Assembly (NCBI GenBank): GCA_965287045.1 | Contig: OZ336882.1 | Location: 48,794,001 to 48,858,000, forward strand | Origin: Carcharhinus amblyrhynchos | Taxonomy: Eukaryota | Length of the DNA: 64,000 nucleotides | Direction: 5' to 3' | Part shown: positions 11,501 to 24,345 of the stretch, piece after piece | Layout: each line of letters begins with the position of its first letter | How positions within the stretch are numbered: the stretch's first letter is position 1 | Made by a program: the position numbers and the translations under genes | The notes under the pieces: model-generated | The model's database searches: none | Told to the model about the DNA's origin: nothing | Seen by the model: only the letters and a program-made list of their open reading frames with translations

Positions 11501-12749
11501 TTAATCGTCGACCCCCAGTTCCCTGATTTTTCACATAAAGGGAAACTCACCATTCATTAGCAGTACGTCTCTTGTTAGTACAAACTGTTAGGGAGAAGTG
11601 TCATCTATTCCTTTGTTTCAGCAGACAAGTGACATTTTATACCCATAATATGTTTTTACCTCGAGGAACTGTTACTATTATTGAAGTGCAGTCAGTGTAA
11701 GGAGGACGTTTTTAAAATAGAAACTACTGCACGTTCATTCACGATGAAACTGGTGGCTTTACTAAGCCAAGACTAAATCACACCGAGTAGAAAAACTATG
11801 GATCAAATTTGCCTTTGGGCAGATTTTCATTGAGATTTATTTTTCCATAAATTTCTTATATGTGACATAAATATTACACAAACACACATGTGCACACCCA
11901 CATGTATTCAGTGCAAGGGGAAGTTCATTGCAAGGGGAGAAAACACACATGAATGCTCAGTCTGGGTTTTAGGTACTCTTCTGTTCAACTTCAGTGAAGA
12001 TTTGATTTCATTACATTATGACATAGTACACTGGGGTCACATCCTGCTTTAGCTCCAGGATACGACTTCAGCCAAGGCAGACCATGCAAACGGTGACAGA
12101 GAAATGAATATTACATAAAAGCTTTCTTCGCAAACCTCAAGACTTGGATATTTAACTCTTTTACCACAGGAAACTGTCACTTAAAATATAAATCATTCTT
12201 TTACATTTATTTAGATTGGTTATTTGGTTGTTTCTGTTACCAAAAGAGTCAAACGAAACAGACAATCTGAAAATTTTTGGAATAACTTATCCTCGAACGC
12301 TGAGATCTTCATTCTATACATACATCTAACCTGCCTAAGACTTCAAGAATATTACTTCAGCATATATGGGGCTGAAATTTGCTTACTTTGGCAGCAGATG
12401 GAAGACAATTTTGGAATCAATACTTTGTTGATTCACACCCCCCCAACTCTGCCTTTGAAAGACATCAAATAACATGTATAAGTCTAATTAATGGATGCCC
12501 AGTGAGGAGCTGGCCAACAGCTTTAGGGGATGATGGGCACATGTCCAATTGACAGGTTCAAGGGAACCTTTGCATGGGATTGTGGCAGCAACACCAGGAA
12601 ACATTTAGCTTTCATTTTCTGAAAAAATGATAAATGGTGAGAAAACTGGAGCACCGATCTGTCTGGCACAGCTGAACTGCAATCATCCCACACTCTATCA
12701 ATTTTAGGAGAGTGGTGAATTGTATGCGGTGTGTGTCTGTGGGGGGAGG

Positions 12750-13566
12750 GGGGGATGGTGGTGGTATGGTGGTGGAGGGGGTGATGGCATGGCCTAAATA
12801 AGCTGGCTGCAAAACAGTCGGGCACCATTTTGGAAGGGAGTCCCAATCTCACAATGCACTGGAAGATCCCTTCCTTCCCCTCATGGACATCAGGACACCC
12901 ACTCCTTTCAACAGTGGCATGTTTCCCCATCCACTGCTGACATGGATCGCTGGCATCAGGTCATTGGGGTCACCAACTGAGTCCCTGTTCACAATCTCTG
13001 AATGCTCCCCTTCATGACTGCCAACATGTTCGTCTTTCAAGTTCCACCACTTCACGACCCCCAGTTCACGCTCCATTTCTGCAGAATACCCTCCCCCTCT
13101 GCGTGGACCTCCACATCATAGCCTTCCCTTTCATACCCTCCTCATCATTGAATCCTTCCCCACTGTCTGGGGCTCAGGCTCCATCCCGACTCAGGCCCCA
13201 CTGCCTTGGCACTGCCGTGTGCCAGGTGGGCAGTGCTAGTGCAGCAATGGGCGCTGCCAAATGGGCACTACCCTGCCATGTTTCCATGGGGCTTCAATGG
13301 CCTCTGAGCCCCCAGCGTGGCCATCACGCCTGCTCGTTGCTGGTGAAGACCAGTAGTGATTCTTGTTGGTCTTACACCATGCCTGAAGGTCGTAAGTCTT
13401 GGGAGTTGGAGGAATCCGGCGTCAAACGGGCTATGCACACTTAAATGCTACTTCTGGCTGCAATAAATTTTGCCCCAGTAGAAAGAAACTGGGACAATTG
13501 CAAACCATTTGGCACCCAGTGTGAAGATGGTTTTTGCCAGGTTCAGCGAGGCCAGAAAATTGCCCT
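12750..13566. mobile_element. GC-rich dispersed repeat, probably a non-autonomous DNA transposon
   Basis: GC-rich block with ggcactgcc/gtgccagg motifs also seen at 38447-39290; ends gaaaattgccc, like the MITE TIRs. Confidence 0.4.
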
Positions 13567-13759
13567 TGTTGTCTGGGCCCTTCAAAACTTTGTATGGGTG
13601 AGTAATTGTTTATAAATGTGTACAATAATTTTTATTATAGCTGGGAAGAATTCAAGACCTTTGTCAGGGAAGAGAAAGAATTGGACCCATAACCCTGAGG
13701 AATATCAAGTGGTTATGTTGATATTGCACATCAGATTATCAACAAGCTGTGTCTCCAGA

Positions 13760-13900
13760 AAGATGGCCCAAAGCATGATGCCAGCAGTACTAGGGTGTAA
13801 GCGATAGGCGGGAGGTCCTCATGCCCACTTACAGGGAGAGGAGGCTTCCAAACCTGACCAACTTAGCTTCAATGGAGGTCTCAGAGGAGGTCAGCACCTT
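13760..13900 (+). mobile_element. Myb/SANT-like protein remnant (Harbinger companion ORF)
   Basis: Translates RREVLMPTYRERRLPNLTNLASMEVSEEVS, resembling the RRxVL...AWxEVA..VS Myb/SANT pattern; decayed. Confidence 0.5.
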
Positions 13901-13903
13901 GGG

Positions 13904-14241
13904 TTTAAAACAAAGAACAAAGAACAACACAGCACGGGAAACAGGCCCTTTGGCCCAACGAGCCTGCACCGCCATTTCAAACATTGTGAGTCCCCTCTCC
14001 ACCCATGAGCCTTGTCTATGCTTCTGGCACTCCACATTGGAAACCAGATTGAGGGGAAACTAATTTAGGGACAATTTGTTACACCAATCAGCCTAAGAGC
14101 ACATCTTTGGGGTGTGGGAGGAAACTGGAGCAGCCGGAGAGAACCCACGCAAGTACGGGGAGAATGCACAAACTCCCACAGACACTGGCCCAAATCCATG
14201 TATCTGCACAGCAAACAGTGATAGTGAGCTGTTGTGTTGCC
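13904..14241 (-). mobile_element. Atypical V-domain SINE with (gttcttt)n CR1 tail and no tRNA head
   Basis: V-domain on minus; tail cctgtttcccgtgctgtgttgttctttgttcttt; flanking direct repeat cagcacct at 13892 and 14242. Confidence 0.75.
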
Positions 14242-14474
14242 CAGCACCTGGTCCAGTTTAAGCGTGCACTACTGATGTGAAGCACTAGGCTACTCTCGAA
14301 ACATTCAAGAGCAGCCCTCGCACGACCCACCGCATGTATGCCCCTTGTTGGACAACAAGGTGGACTGAAGCACCTGTGGATTAAAAGAGAAAAACATCAA
14401 TAACATGCACATCGTATGCAAACATTCAAGGGAATCCCCAAGTGAGGGGAAACAAGTGAGCCAGAAAATATGTT

Positions 14475-14775
14475 GGAAGGTCCATAGGTATCAATTGATT
14501 CCCAGGGACGTATAAATCCTATCCCCAAGAATCCTCTCCAACAACTTCCCTACCACTGATGTCAAACTCACCGGCCTATAATTACCAGGGTTATCCCTAC
14601 TATCCTTTTTAAACAACGGTACCACGTTCGCTATCCTCCAGTCCTCTGAGACCTCACCTGTGTCCAAAGAAGAGACAAAGATTTGCGTCAGAGGCCCAGC
14701 AATTTCATCTCTCACCTCCCTAAGCAGCCTAGGATAAATGCCATCAGGCCCTGGAGATTTATCAGTTTTAATGCT
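14475..14775 (-). mobile_element. CR1 reverse transcriptase N-terminal fragment
   Basis: EDWRIANVVPLFKK...PGNYRPVSLTSVVGKLLERIL. Confidence 0.92.
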
Positions 14776-15505
14776 GGATGTGTTCGAGAACAGCTTGGCT
14801 CAAGATATAACTAGCAGTGGAGCACAAGTCTTCAATATTATCAGGGCCCACAGCCTTTGCTGCTTCCTATATTCACTGAAAAATTTTAGAAGTAGACCTG
14901 AGACAAAACCAGTAAAGTAAAATATGAAAAAAGCATAAAATTAAATGCTATAGGAAACCTACTTCTGAAGATACAAATGACAGAAATGACGCAAATATTG
15001 AGCTCAACAAAATTGTCTTTATCCCAACAATGTTTTAAATAAGAGCTTAATGATTTCAGCATATTCCTGCTGTCAAAAATAAATGCCGACAGCTGATGCT
15101 TTACATTCATTTTAATATCATTTTACCTCCTTAATGAAGGTTTTGCGTAAAACACTCACAAGTAATCTGTGCTCAAAATAGGTACTTGGCAAAATAATTT
15201 CTACTGGGAATTATGACTAAGGTTCCCTGACTGAACTCATCTGATAGCCAATTGTGCAATGAGACCTTATATGAAACTTAAGTTCACAGACCCATATTAA
15301 TGCTGTATGCAATAGATTAGTGAGAAGCAGCTTTGCATAGTTGCCAAATATCCGTTTTTTGCATTGAAATTCAGCTTTTCCATCTGCTGTTTGCACAGGC
15401 CCATTTGGGGAATGCTCTCATTAAATTCTGTTGTGCCCTCTTTAGCTGAAGTATCACAAAGGTGGCCTTCTGTGGTCTGCAGTGGTGAGTCTGTCACTAT
15501 TTTTG

Positions 15506-15549
15506 AGCACTGTAAGAAATCTCATAACACCTGGTTAAAGTCCAACAGA
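15506..15549 (-). mobile_element. Short Penelope-like arm fragment
   Basis: gtaagaaatctcataacacctggttaaagtccaacag matches 4038-4074. Confidence 0.7.
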
Positions 15550-16119
15550 CTGAAGACAGATCCAAAGTATTTGTTCAGCTGGTCTGACTCAAGTATCACA
15601 AAGGTGAACAATTTGTCTCTGGCTGGACAATAGGATGAATTTATCCACTGCCAAATCAGCTATTTTCCTTAGATGGTGAAGCCAGAATGTAGTAGTCCAT
15701 GAAGCTGAGAACCAGCATTTTTTAACCAACTAACTGCATCGTGTTCTGTACCAAGAAGACCACACATGATGCAGTAGTCAGCCACTGTAGTCAGAGATTA
15801 TGACATTTTAAAGAATAGATTCACTGCTGGCCCTCAGGGGAAAGCTGGAAAAGTTCCTGAGGATGGAAAACATCTTCAATGACAACAAGGAGGTGATGAC
15901 TGGCTGGTTGAGATTATTCATATGGGTCACTGTAGTCTCCTGTGGCATTTTTGGTTTCTTTTGCAAACTAGGAGATCTTTCATAGCATTTTTTTCTATAT
16001 TAGTTTAAGGTTTCTGTCCCCACCATCCTCCACCTCTTTTTTTAACCTCTCCCAGGAAACTGAGTGGCTGGAAGGTAGTAGAAAGTGTATATTGGCTTCT
16101 TAAAATTATTTATTCTTTC

Positions 16120-16398
16120 ATGAGATGCGGTCATCATTGGCAAAGCCAGTATTTGTTGTTTGTCCCTAATTTCCCTTCAACTGAATGGCTTGTCAGGCCA
16201 TTTCAAAGGGCACTTAAGAATCAATCACATTGGTGTGGAACTGGAGTCACACACAGGCCAGACCAGGTAAGAACGGCAGATTTCCTTCCCGAAAGAGCAT
16301 TCGTGAGTTAGTCGGAGTTTTACAATAATCAATGATAGTTTCGTGCTCACTATTACTAAGGCTCACTTTATGTTGCAGTATTATACATTGAATTTAAA
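16120..16398 (-). mobile_element. Non-V SINE whose tail matches the LINE at 52570-53290
   Basis: Core ggaaggaaatctgccgttcttacctggtctggcc..gtgactcc on minus; related copies at 33330-33640, 39300-39445 and 48385-49075. Confidence 0.6.
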
Positions 16399-16399
16399 T

Positions 16400-17125
16400 G
16401 GAGAGGGACTGCAAAATGCTGTGGTGCAGGGTTAACTTTCTGTCCTGGTAGTTTCAGCACACAAATAGAGTAAGTAATTAAGAAGTCAAAAGTTGTCCTT
16501 CATTGCAAGAAAATGGAGTTTAAAAGTAGGGATCTTACTTGCTACAGTTGTCAAGGACATTGCTGAGACTACATCTATGGTAAAGTGTACATTTTTGGTC
16601 GCCATGCTTAAGGAGGGATATATTTAAATTGGAGGAAGTTCAGGGAAGCTTCATTAGGTTGATTTCTGGGGTGAAGGGATTATCCTATAAGGAAAGATTG
16701 AGCAGGATAGACTTATAACCATTAGACTTTAGGAGAATGGGAAGAGATACTTCTGAACTGTATAAAATTCTGAGGGGACTTGACAGGGTAGAGGTTCAAA
16801 GGATGTCTCCCCTTGTGGGGGTAGCTAGAACTAGGGGACAAAGGTTCAAAATAAGGAGTTTCCTAATTAGGACAGAGATGAGAAGGAATTTCTTCTCTCA
16901 GAGGGTCATTAGTCTCTGGGATTCAGTTCAATAGGGAGGCTGGTTTGAATATGGTTTGGACTGTGTTGAACAGTGTTTTGATTAACAAAGAAGTTAAAGG
17001 GTTATGGGAGATAGGCCAGAAAGTAGAGTTAAGGCCACATCAGATCAGCCAAGATCCTGTTGATTGGAGGACTAGGCTCGGGGGATTGAACAGCCTTCTC
17101 CTGCTTCTATTTTTAATGATCTTAT
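16400..17125 (+). mobile_element. CR1 LINE 3' end
   Basis: LYKILRGLDRV...RTRGQRFKIR...EMRRNFFSQRVISLWD followed by 3' UTR. Confidence 0.88.
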
Positions 17126-17130
17126 GTTGG

Positions 17131-17447
17131 AATCATAGAATCCTGCAGTACAGAAGGAGGCCATTCAGCCCATTGAGTCTGCACCGACCACTATCCCATC
17201 CAGATCTATCCCCACAACCCCACGCATTTAACCTAGCTAGTCCCCTTGACACTAATGGGCAATTTATCATGGCCAATCCACCTAACCTGCACATCTTTGG
17301 ATTGTGGGAGGAAACTGGAACACCCAGAGGACACGAGGAGAATTTGCACACTCCACACAGACAGTGACCCAAGCAAGGAATGGAACCTGAGTTCCAAGCA
17401 CTGTGAGACAGCAGTGCTAACTAATCACTGTGCCAACATGCTGCCTC
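17131..17447 (-). mobile_element. HE1-like V-SINE
   Basis: tRNA head, V-domain and (attctatg)n tail on minus. Confidence 0.9.
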
Positions 17448-18390
17448 TTTTACATCTTATATCCTTAATTACAATTGTGGGTAGTCTGCTCCTGAGAATG
17501 AAAGACAATGGCTGCTAAGTCAATGAGCCAAAGTTCTCTCTTTGGACAGAGCACCCATGATTATACAAATTCAGTTTCTCCTGCACTCCTATTGCAACAA
17601 TTTATTTTTGCAAGTTGTGCGTGAGGCAATTGGATTTCAGTTTTCACAGAGTAGCGGACCGAATTTTAAAATGTGCTTCCACAAAGCTAATAAAATCATT
17701 AAATCTAATGTCATTAAATGCATTTAATTTATTTAGTTGCCTTGGAGCTGTTATTTTGGATCTAAGCACTTATTCAGTGCTGTTATTCAGATGTCTGTTG
17801 ATTTTTGGAGTTGTATCGGTTTCCTGTCAGCTTCTCTGGATATTGTTTATTAGCTTTTTATGACTTTGGTAATTCAATTCCCAAAAGAACAATAATATGT
17901 TATTGGGAGGAAAGAAAGAGCTTGCATTTATATAACACTTCTCATGACTTCAAAAAAGCACTTCACAGCCAGTGAAGTTGTGCTGAAGTAGCTATAGTTG
18001 CTAATACGAGGAAATGTTGCAGTGAATTAATCCACTGCTAGGTCCACCAGCAGTTATGAGATAAACAGCATTGATCAGTTTTCAGCAGTTGTAGTTGAGG
18101 GATTAAAAATTAGTCGGAGAAAAAATAAAAAGTATTTGCTGGGTTTCGAATCATTCAGCTGAGAGGGCCAATGGGACTTCAATTTACTGTCTCAGCTGAA
18201 AAATAGCAGTCTGAACTGAGCGGATTCTGTCAGGGCAGGTATGATGGCAGAGTGCAGGAAAACTGAGCAAGTGTACCCGCATCTGATTCCCAGCATCAGG
18301 AAAATTGACACTGATTTATGGGAGGCCCAAGATAGAACTCCCACCTGCTCGTGGTGGGCTGCAAATTAGACTCAATGAGCCAGTTAAATG

Positions 18391-18686
18391 GGGCGGCATG
18401 GTGGCACAGTGGTTAGGATTGCTGCCTCACATATCCAAGGACCCAGGTTCGATTCCACCCTTGAGTAACTGTCCGTGTGGAGTTTGCACATTCTCCCTGT
18501 ATCTGCTGGGTTTCCTCTGGGTGCTCCGATTTCCTCCCACAGTCCAAAGATATGCAAATTGGGTGGATTAGCCATAGCCAATGTGTAGGGGAATAGGGGA
18601 GAGCTCCAGGGTAAGATACTAAGTCAGAGAGTCGGTGCAGAATCGATGGGCCAAATGGCCTCTTCTCCTCTGTGGGGATTCTATGA
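18391..18686 (+). mobile_element. HE1-like V-SINE
   Basis: gggcggcatggtggcacagtggttagg head, ggttcgattcc B box, V-domain, tail gggattctatg. Confidence 0.9.
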
Positions 18687-18737
18687 AAGACAACAATTAG
18701 TGATAGGTAAGTTCACTGAAGTTGCAATGGTTTTTCG

Positions 18738-18942
18738 ATCCAAAAGAGTAAATGCTGGAAAATCTCAGCAGGTTTGTCAGCATCTGTAAGGAGAGAAAAG
18801 AGCCTATGTTTTGAGTCCAGATGACTTTTTGTCAAAGTCAGCTCTTTTCTTTCTTTACAGTTATTGCCAGACCTGCTGAGATTTTCCAACATTTTCTCTT
18901 TTGGTTTCAGAATCCAGCATCCACAGTAATTTGCTTTTATGC
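18738..18942. mobile_element. Third Penelope-like inverted-arm family, decayed hammerhead-like motif
   Basis: aaatgctggaaaatctcagcagg pairs with cctgctgagattttccaacattt; minus 18797-18836 reads tTGACAAaaagtc-atctg-gactc(G>A)AAAca. Confidence 0.6.
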
Positions 18943-21398
18943 AATAATGTCTTGTGGCTCCCAGAGGCTACCCAGCAAACTTGTTGGGTCTGTCTGTGAC
19001 CTCGTAGTGGGGGGGTCATTTGTTGATAGTCTTTCAAGTGCCAAATTGAGGGAGTCAGCATCAGGAAAGGTAGGGGTCGCTGAAAATCATTCGTTTCCTC
19101 TTGCGTCTAACCCTTCTGCCCACCCACACCCCACCATTGTGACCCCCTCCCCGCAACCCTGACCCTGCTGTCTCCAGGAATCCAATGGTGATCCTGAGTG
19201 AAGTATTACCTGGATGCAGTCAGTTTTGCCTCTGGCTCTGCTGGCATTGGAGAGCTGTCTGTCTCTGGTCAGCAGCTCTTAGGGGCAGAACGTCAACTTG
19301 ACTGGGTCCTCGATAGCCTTGGAAGCCTGACACCGACACTAACCAACTAAGTGCTTGATTCCATTTAAATTGTGCTAGGTCATCCAGAGGGAAGCAGTGC
19401 AGGCTTCTCACAGGTTCAGCAACTGGGTGACGGAGACCTCCCTTGCAGGAACAAAAGCCTTCCCACTACCTTTGAAAAGTGTAATCCTCCCTCAGTGACA
19501 CACAGAAAGAAAACCTTGATTATGTGCATAGTCTCTAGAGTGGGACTTAAATCAATAACCTTCTGATTACAAGACTGACATTTGGTAACAAGTGCTACCA
19601 TTGAGCTTTGTTAAGGAAATGAGGATTTGTTGTTTCAGTAAAAAATCAAAGGAAACCTAAAATTAACTTTCCTCTATCGACGCCCTGTTGGTGCAGTGCA
19701 CCTGAGACATTCTGTCCATCGATGAGATGAGAAATATTCTCATTCTGAGCCGTTTGCGAGGTAAGATGGGAGAGCAATCGCAAATCTCTTAGGACCATTG
19801 TGTGGGGAGTCTTCTGACTGATGCTGGACAACAATTAGAGGGCTAGGAGGCCTGAAAGTCATCCGTCTATAATAGAGGCAACTATGTTTGTTAGTCAAAT
19901 CAATAGGGTTAAATGCTGGATGTCCCAGATTTATTAAGTGTTCAACAATTAAACATACATCAAGCAGCAGTCTGTGTGACAAAGCTTGCGCGTTTGTTCT
20001 GAGGACTCAAACACGTTACAAGCTCAGAATACATGCCAAGGACCTGAAACAAATTTCCAGTACTGTACCCATTCCAACAGACACTATTGATTTTCTTCAC
20101 CTCCTCCGACATGACAATCCGTCTATCCCAATACAACTCCATATAAGATACTTGTCGACCTCCATCAGTAGCTTCAGTTTTAATTCAGCATTTTTCTTAG
20201 ACCAGTATAAATCTTCTACTGTTATCTTATCAATAACTTCACTAATTGCTATTCACCAAGTGAACACCCAATTATAAATCTGAAGTAGCCCATATTTAAA
20301 GGTGGTGTATTTGCAGATCTTACCCTCCACACTAATCATTAATTAAGTGATAATGTATCACTGAAATATATGCATCAGTATGCAGTGGACTGTACTTTAA
20401 TTAGGTTTGTTGGGTAGAATGTTTATGGCACAGGAAAAGGCCACATGATCCATTGCTGCCTGAAAAATGAGCCACCAAGCGTTACCCCATTCTTCTGCAT
20501 TTGGTCCGGCTTCCTGGAGGTTATGGCACTTGAGGTGCATATCCAGGTCTACATTCCTGTCATAATTCAGCAGTTTAGTGGCCATTGCATCTAACTTTGA
20601 TTTATACTTCCTTAGAAAAATGATAAAACTTACTTCTTAATGCTGCAATGTAAAGAAAAGTCAATAGCCACATATATTTAGCAGCCATCAGGCACTTTCT
20701 TTGACTGCTATGACTCAATGTGCAATGCCATGGCTTTCAGCTGGTTGTACATTGCCTCTGAGTCAGAAAGTGTGGATTCATAATCCCACTCCTGGGGCTG
20801 CAGTTTATGTACCCTGAGATTAGCAACCAGACCCCCCTCACCCTGCATTATGAGGGTGAGCTTAATGATGGATGGGAAGGTGGTGGGATGGGCATTTACC
20901 CTAGTTTACTGAAATCGGCAGCCCATCTGCCATATTTAAATGAATAATCAAGGGATAATTCGCCTACTTACCTAATCAGTTGACTCTGAAAATATGCTAC
21001 CCACACCATAAAACATTTGGCACGGGCAGGCAAATTTTTCACCTATCATTTTCAAAGGGCGGGAAATGAAATTGACATAATTTGTAGTAAATGTTAGATA
21101 ATTAGTAAGACTTCTTTCATATTGCTGGCTTTCACTTTTTTCCATTGCAACTTTCTTTTTTGGGTTTAACTTGGGCCCAAATCATGCGCACATGTCAATG
21201 CCTCAAAAGCATTATCCATGTAAAGACTATGCCATAAATTTTGTCCTAAAAATTTGGTCTCAATGATTTACATGAGTATATATGTAATTGTAAAGAAATA
21301 AAACTCTAATGGGAAATCAGTCATAATCAAGTCTAATGATTAACAGAAAGGGGAAATGGATCCTGTAGACTGCAGCTGGAGAGTTTAACTTTGAAGAT

Positions 21399-21717
21399 TA
21401 TAGATCCTATAGTGAAGAAAGAGGCCATTCAGCCCATCGAGTCTACACTCACCACAATCCCACCCAGGCCGTATCCCTATAACCCCATGTATTAACCCTG
21501 GCTAGTCATCCTGACACATAGGGGCAATTCAGCATGGCCAATCCACTAACCTGCACACCTTTGGACTGTAGGAGGAAACCGGAGTACCTGGAGGAAACCC
21601 ATACAGACACGGGAGAACATGCAGACTCTGCACAGACAGTGATCCAAACCAGGAATTGAACACGGATCCCTGGCACTGTGAGGTAGCAGTGCTAACAATT
21701 GCGCCACCATGCCACCC
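21399..21717 (-). mobile_element. HE1-like V-SINE
   Basis: Full tRNA head, V-domain and CR1-type tail on minus. Confidence 0.9.
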
Positions 21718-23204
21718 AGACCAGATGACAAGTCCAAAATCAATTAAAATTTTCAACAGAAATGAAAAATAATTAGTGTCACAAAATCGCAAATGAGTCA
21801 AATAAATTCTTCACACAGTTAATACTGCAGGCAAATGATGGAACTAATCATTTTAGCTTCACAGTTAATGACCTGGGTAAGTTATTATATTATGAAGAAA
21901 CTCAACATAAATGTGGAATGGTTTTATTGCACACTCTGTAGAGAAATCATAAATGTTTTAATAAATAACACATCCATTATATTATTCTGCATAATTCACA
22001 GACAAAAGCTGTCCTGTAAATAGCTGCAAGGAGTTGAAATCAAATGAGGCACACCCTGAAATTCTCCAGGAAATAAGGGGACTAGATAAAGCTCTAGTTA
22101 ATAAGTAAGAAATTTCATTAATAATAGAGTTCCACTTGAGGGTCAGAAGGTAGTGAATCTTATTGCTATACCAGAAGTAGGAGACATGAAGTAAAAGAAA
22201 TAAAGCAATTTATTGGCAATCAGTATTAGAAAAATGCATAAAGATATTTGAAAAGAATTAGACTGTGGAGCCCCTTGAGCGTATTCTCCAATTCAATGAA
22301 ATCATGGTTAATCTGTGGCTTAATTCCATTTTGTTGCCTTGATCCTTAATAACCTTGGTTGGCAAAAGCCTATCTATCTAAGTTTATCATTCTTAATTTC
22401 TTTTTGTCAGCAGGAGTTCCAGACTTGTACCAATCTGTGTGTGAAAAGGTGTTTGCTAACTTCTTTCCTAATTGACTTGCCTGTATGATTTCTTAGATTT
22501 CCCTATAGGTGGAAAAAGCTGCTCTCTATCTATCCTTCTTAATTCCTTTCCAAATCCTAAAAAAAGAAGCTCAATCAAATCGCCCCTTAACCTTTTATGT
22601 TCCAGGGGATATATTCCATTTGGTGTGAACTCTCTTCATAATCTAACTATTGAAGCCCAGGTAACATTGTGGTGAATCTGAATTGCAATTCTTCCAAGAT
22701 TAAGTGTTGGATTTTTGCTAATGGGGTGGGCAATCTCACTGGTCCTCCTCAGAAGGAAGTGCCCCAGTCAAACCCAATTTTCATTTAGGGGAGATGAGGG
22801 TGGGATAGATTTGGGCCCTGTGACCCCAGAAGCAGAACACAGGATTGGTTAGGTGCTCAGATCTGCTGGTTAAAAGGCCCACCTTGGTTCTCTGAGATTT
22901 TGCCCCAATTGTTCACTTGCATTTTACATCTTCTAGCCCTGACAGCCCATTAACCGCAACCCCCTTCCCCCCACCCACTCCTCAGCTGCAATGGCTCCTG
23001 CAGTCGACTAGTTGGTGTTTTCTTTTTCAGGTGGACTAAGTAGAATAAACAGATTCTGAGAGAGAGAAGGTATTTTGTTCCTTATTCATTCTGTGGTTAC
23101 AACATTGAAGATTACCTTGATTATTCTCAGCAGAACAGTTGATTTTTCTGAATAAGCTTCCTCTTTAGCTCTTGATAGCAGAGAGAAAACTCCACTGATG
23201 ACAT

Positions 23205-23692
23205 CATAGAGTCATACAGCACAGAAGAGGCCCTTTGGCCCATTGAGTCTGCACTGACAAAACTACACAAATCTCACTTGGGACGCACTTGACCCAAAGC
23301 CTTGAATGTTATACCATTTCAAGTGTTCATTCACATGTTGTTTAAAAAGTTGTGAGGCTTCCTGCATCTACTACCCTCCCAGGCAGCGCATTCTAGACTT
23401 CCACCACTCTTAGGGTGAAAAAGCCTTCCTCAAATCCCCTCTTAATCTCCTGCTCCACACCCTAAAATTATGCCCCCTTGTTATTGACCCTTCAACTAAG
23501 GGTAATAGGTACCTCCTATCCATCCTGTCCATATATCTCACAATCTTATACATCCTAATCAGGTCCTTCTTCAGCTTTCTCTGCTTGAAAGAAAATAGCC
23601 CGAGCCTATCCAGCCTCTCTTCATAGCTCAAATGCTCCATCCCGAGCAACATCCTGGTGAATCTCCTCTGCACCCTCTCCAGTGCAGTGCAA
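23205..23692 (-). mobile_element. Younger CR1 3' end
   Basis: ALERVQRRFTRMLLGMEHLSYEERLDRLGLFS...TRGHNFRV; tail ctgtatgactctatga. Confidence 0.92.
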
Positions 23693-24124
23693 TCAGATCC
23701 TCCGAGTTCGTACTGGGCCTTCTGCACACATGGCTTTTGCAACTTGGCTTCATGACATCCAAAACAAAATGAATGCTATATAATTTTGATCGATCATTGT
23801 TCTAAAAGGCAAAGAAATTAATTATGTTGTGGTCCTTTCAAGTCCCTTCTTGTCTTTTGTTCCCTTAGAAGTAAAAAGTTTTTCACACTTTTTGAAAGGC
23901 TAAATGGATATACTTGGAGGAGACTTTGCATTTTAATGAACCTTTGTAACCACTCCGGATATGAGTCCAAAAAGGTGTGAATAAACACTGCACCATGTCC
24001 ATGCTTCCATTTTGAAAAAAAAACTTTTAAACTTAATGGAAAGGTTTGTAAACAGAAATGTGCCCTTAAAACAGTTGTCCTTAAATCTGTAATCTCATAA
24101 TTACACATCTGTGACACATTCAAT

Positions 24125-24345
24125 GTTTTTACGTTTATCTACTAGTGTTGCATGTAGGCTTTCATTAACACTTCAATGAAGTTACTGTGAAAATATCCTA
24201 GTCCCCACACTCTGGTGCCTGTTCTGATACACTGAGGGAGAATTCAGCATGGCCAATGCAATGAACCAGCATGCCTTTTGGACTGTCTGAGGAAACCGGA
24301 GCACCCAGAGGAAACCCACGCAGACACTGAGCAAATGTGCAAACC
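24125..24345 (-). mobile_element. V-SINE type B, 5'-truncated
   Basis: V-domain plus ttttcacagtaacttcattgaagtgttaatg tail on minus. Confidence 0.85.

Larger units (their letters stand above)
17905..19606 (-). mobile_element. Old DeuSINE/SacSINE1-like SINE split into 17905-18220 (body and tail) and 19480-19606 (head) by nested insertions
   Basis: Tail ...atataaatgcaagctctttctt and head ...tcagaaggttattgatttaagtcccactctagag on minus; further fragments near 20735-20795 and 50620-50755. Confidence 0.55.

Noticed and set aside
18391-18460. tRNA-like A/B boxes, seen in many places
   Set aside because: These are SINE heads followed by a V-domain, not tRNA genes.
19676-19700. CTCF-like motif cgacgccctgttgg
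   Set aside because: Mismatches at core positions; cannot be called without a matrix score or ChIP data.
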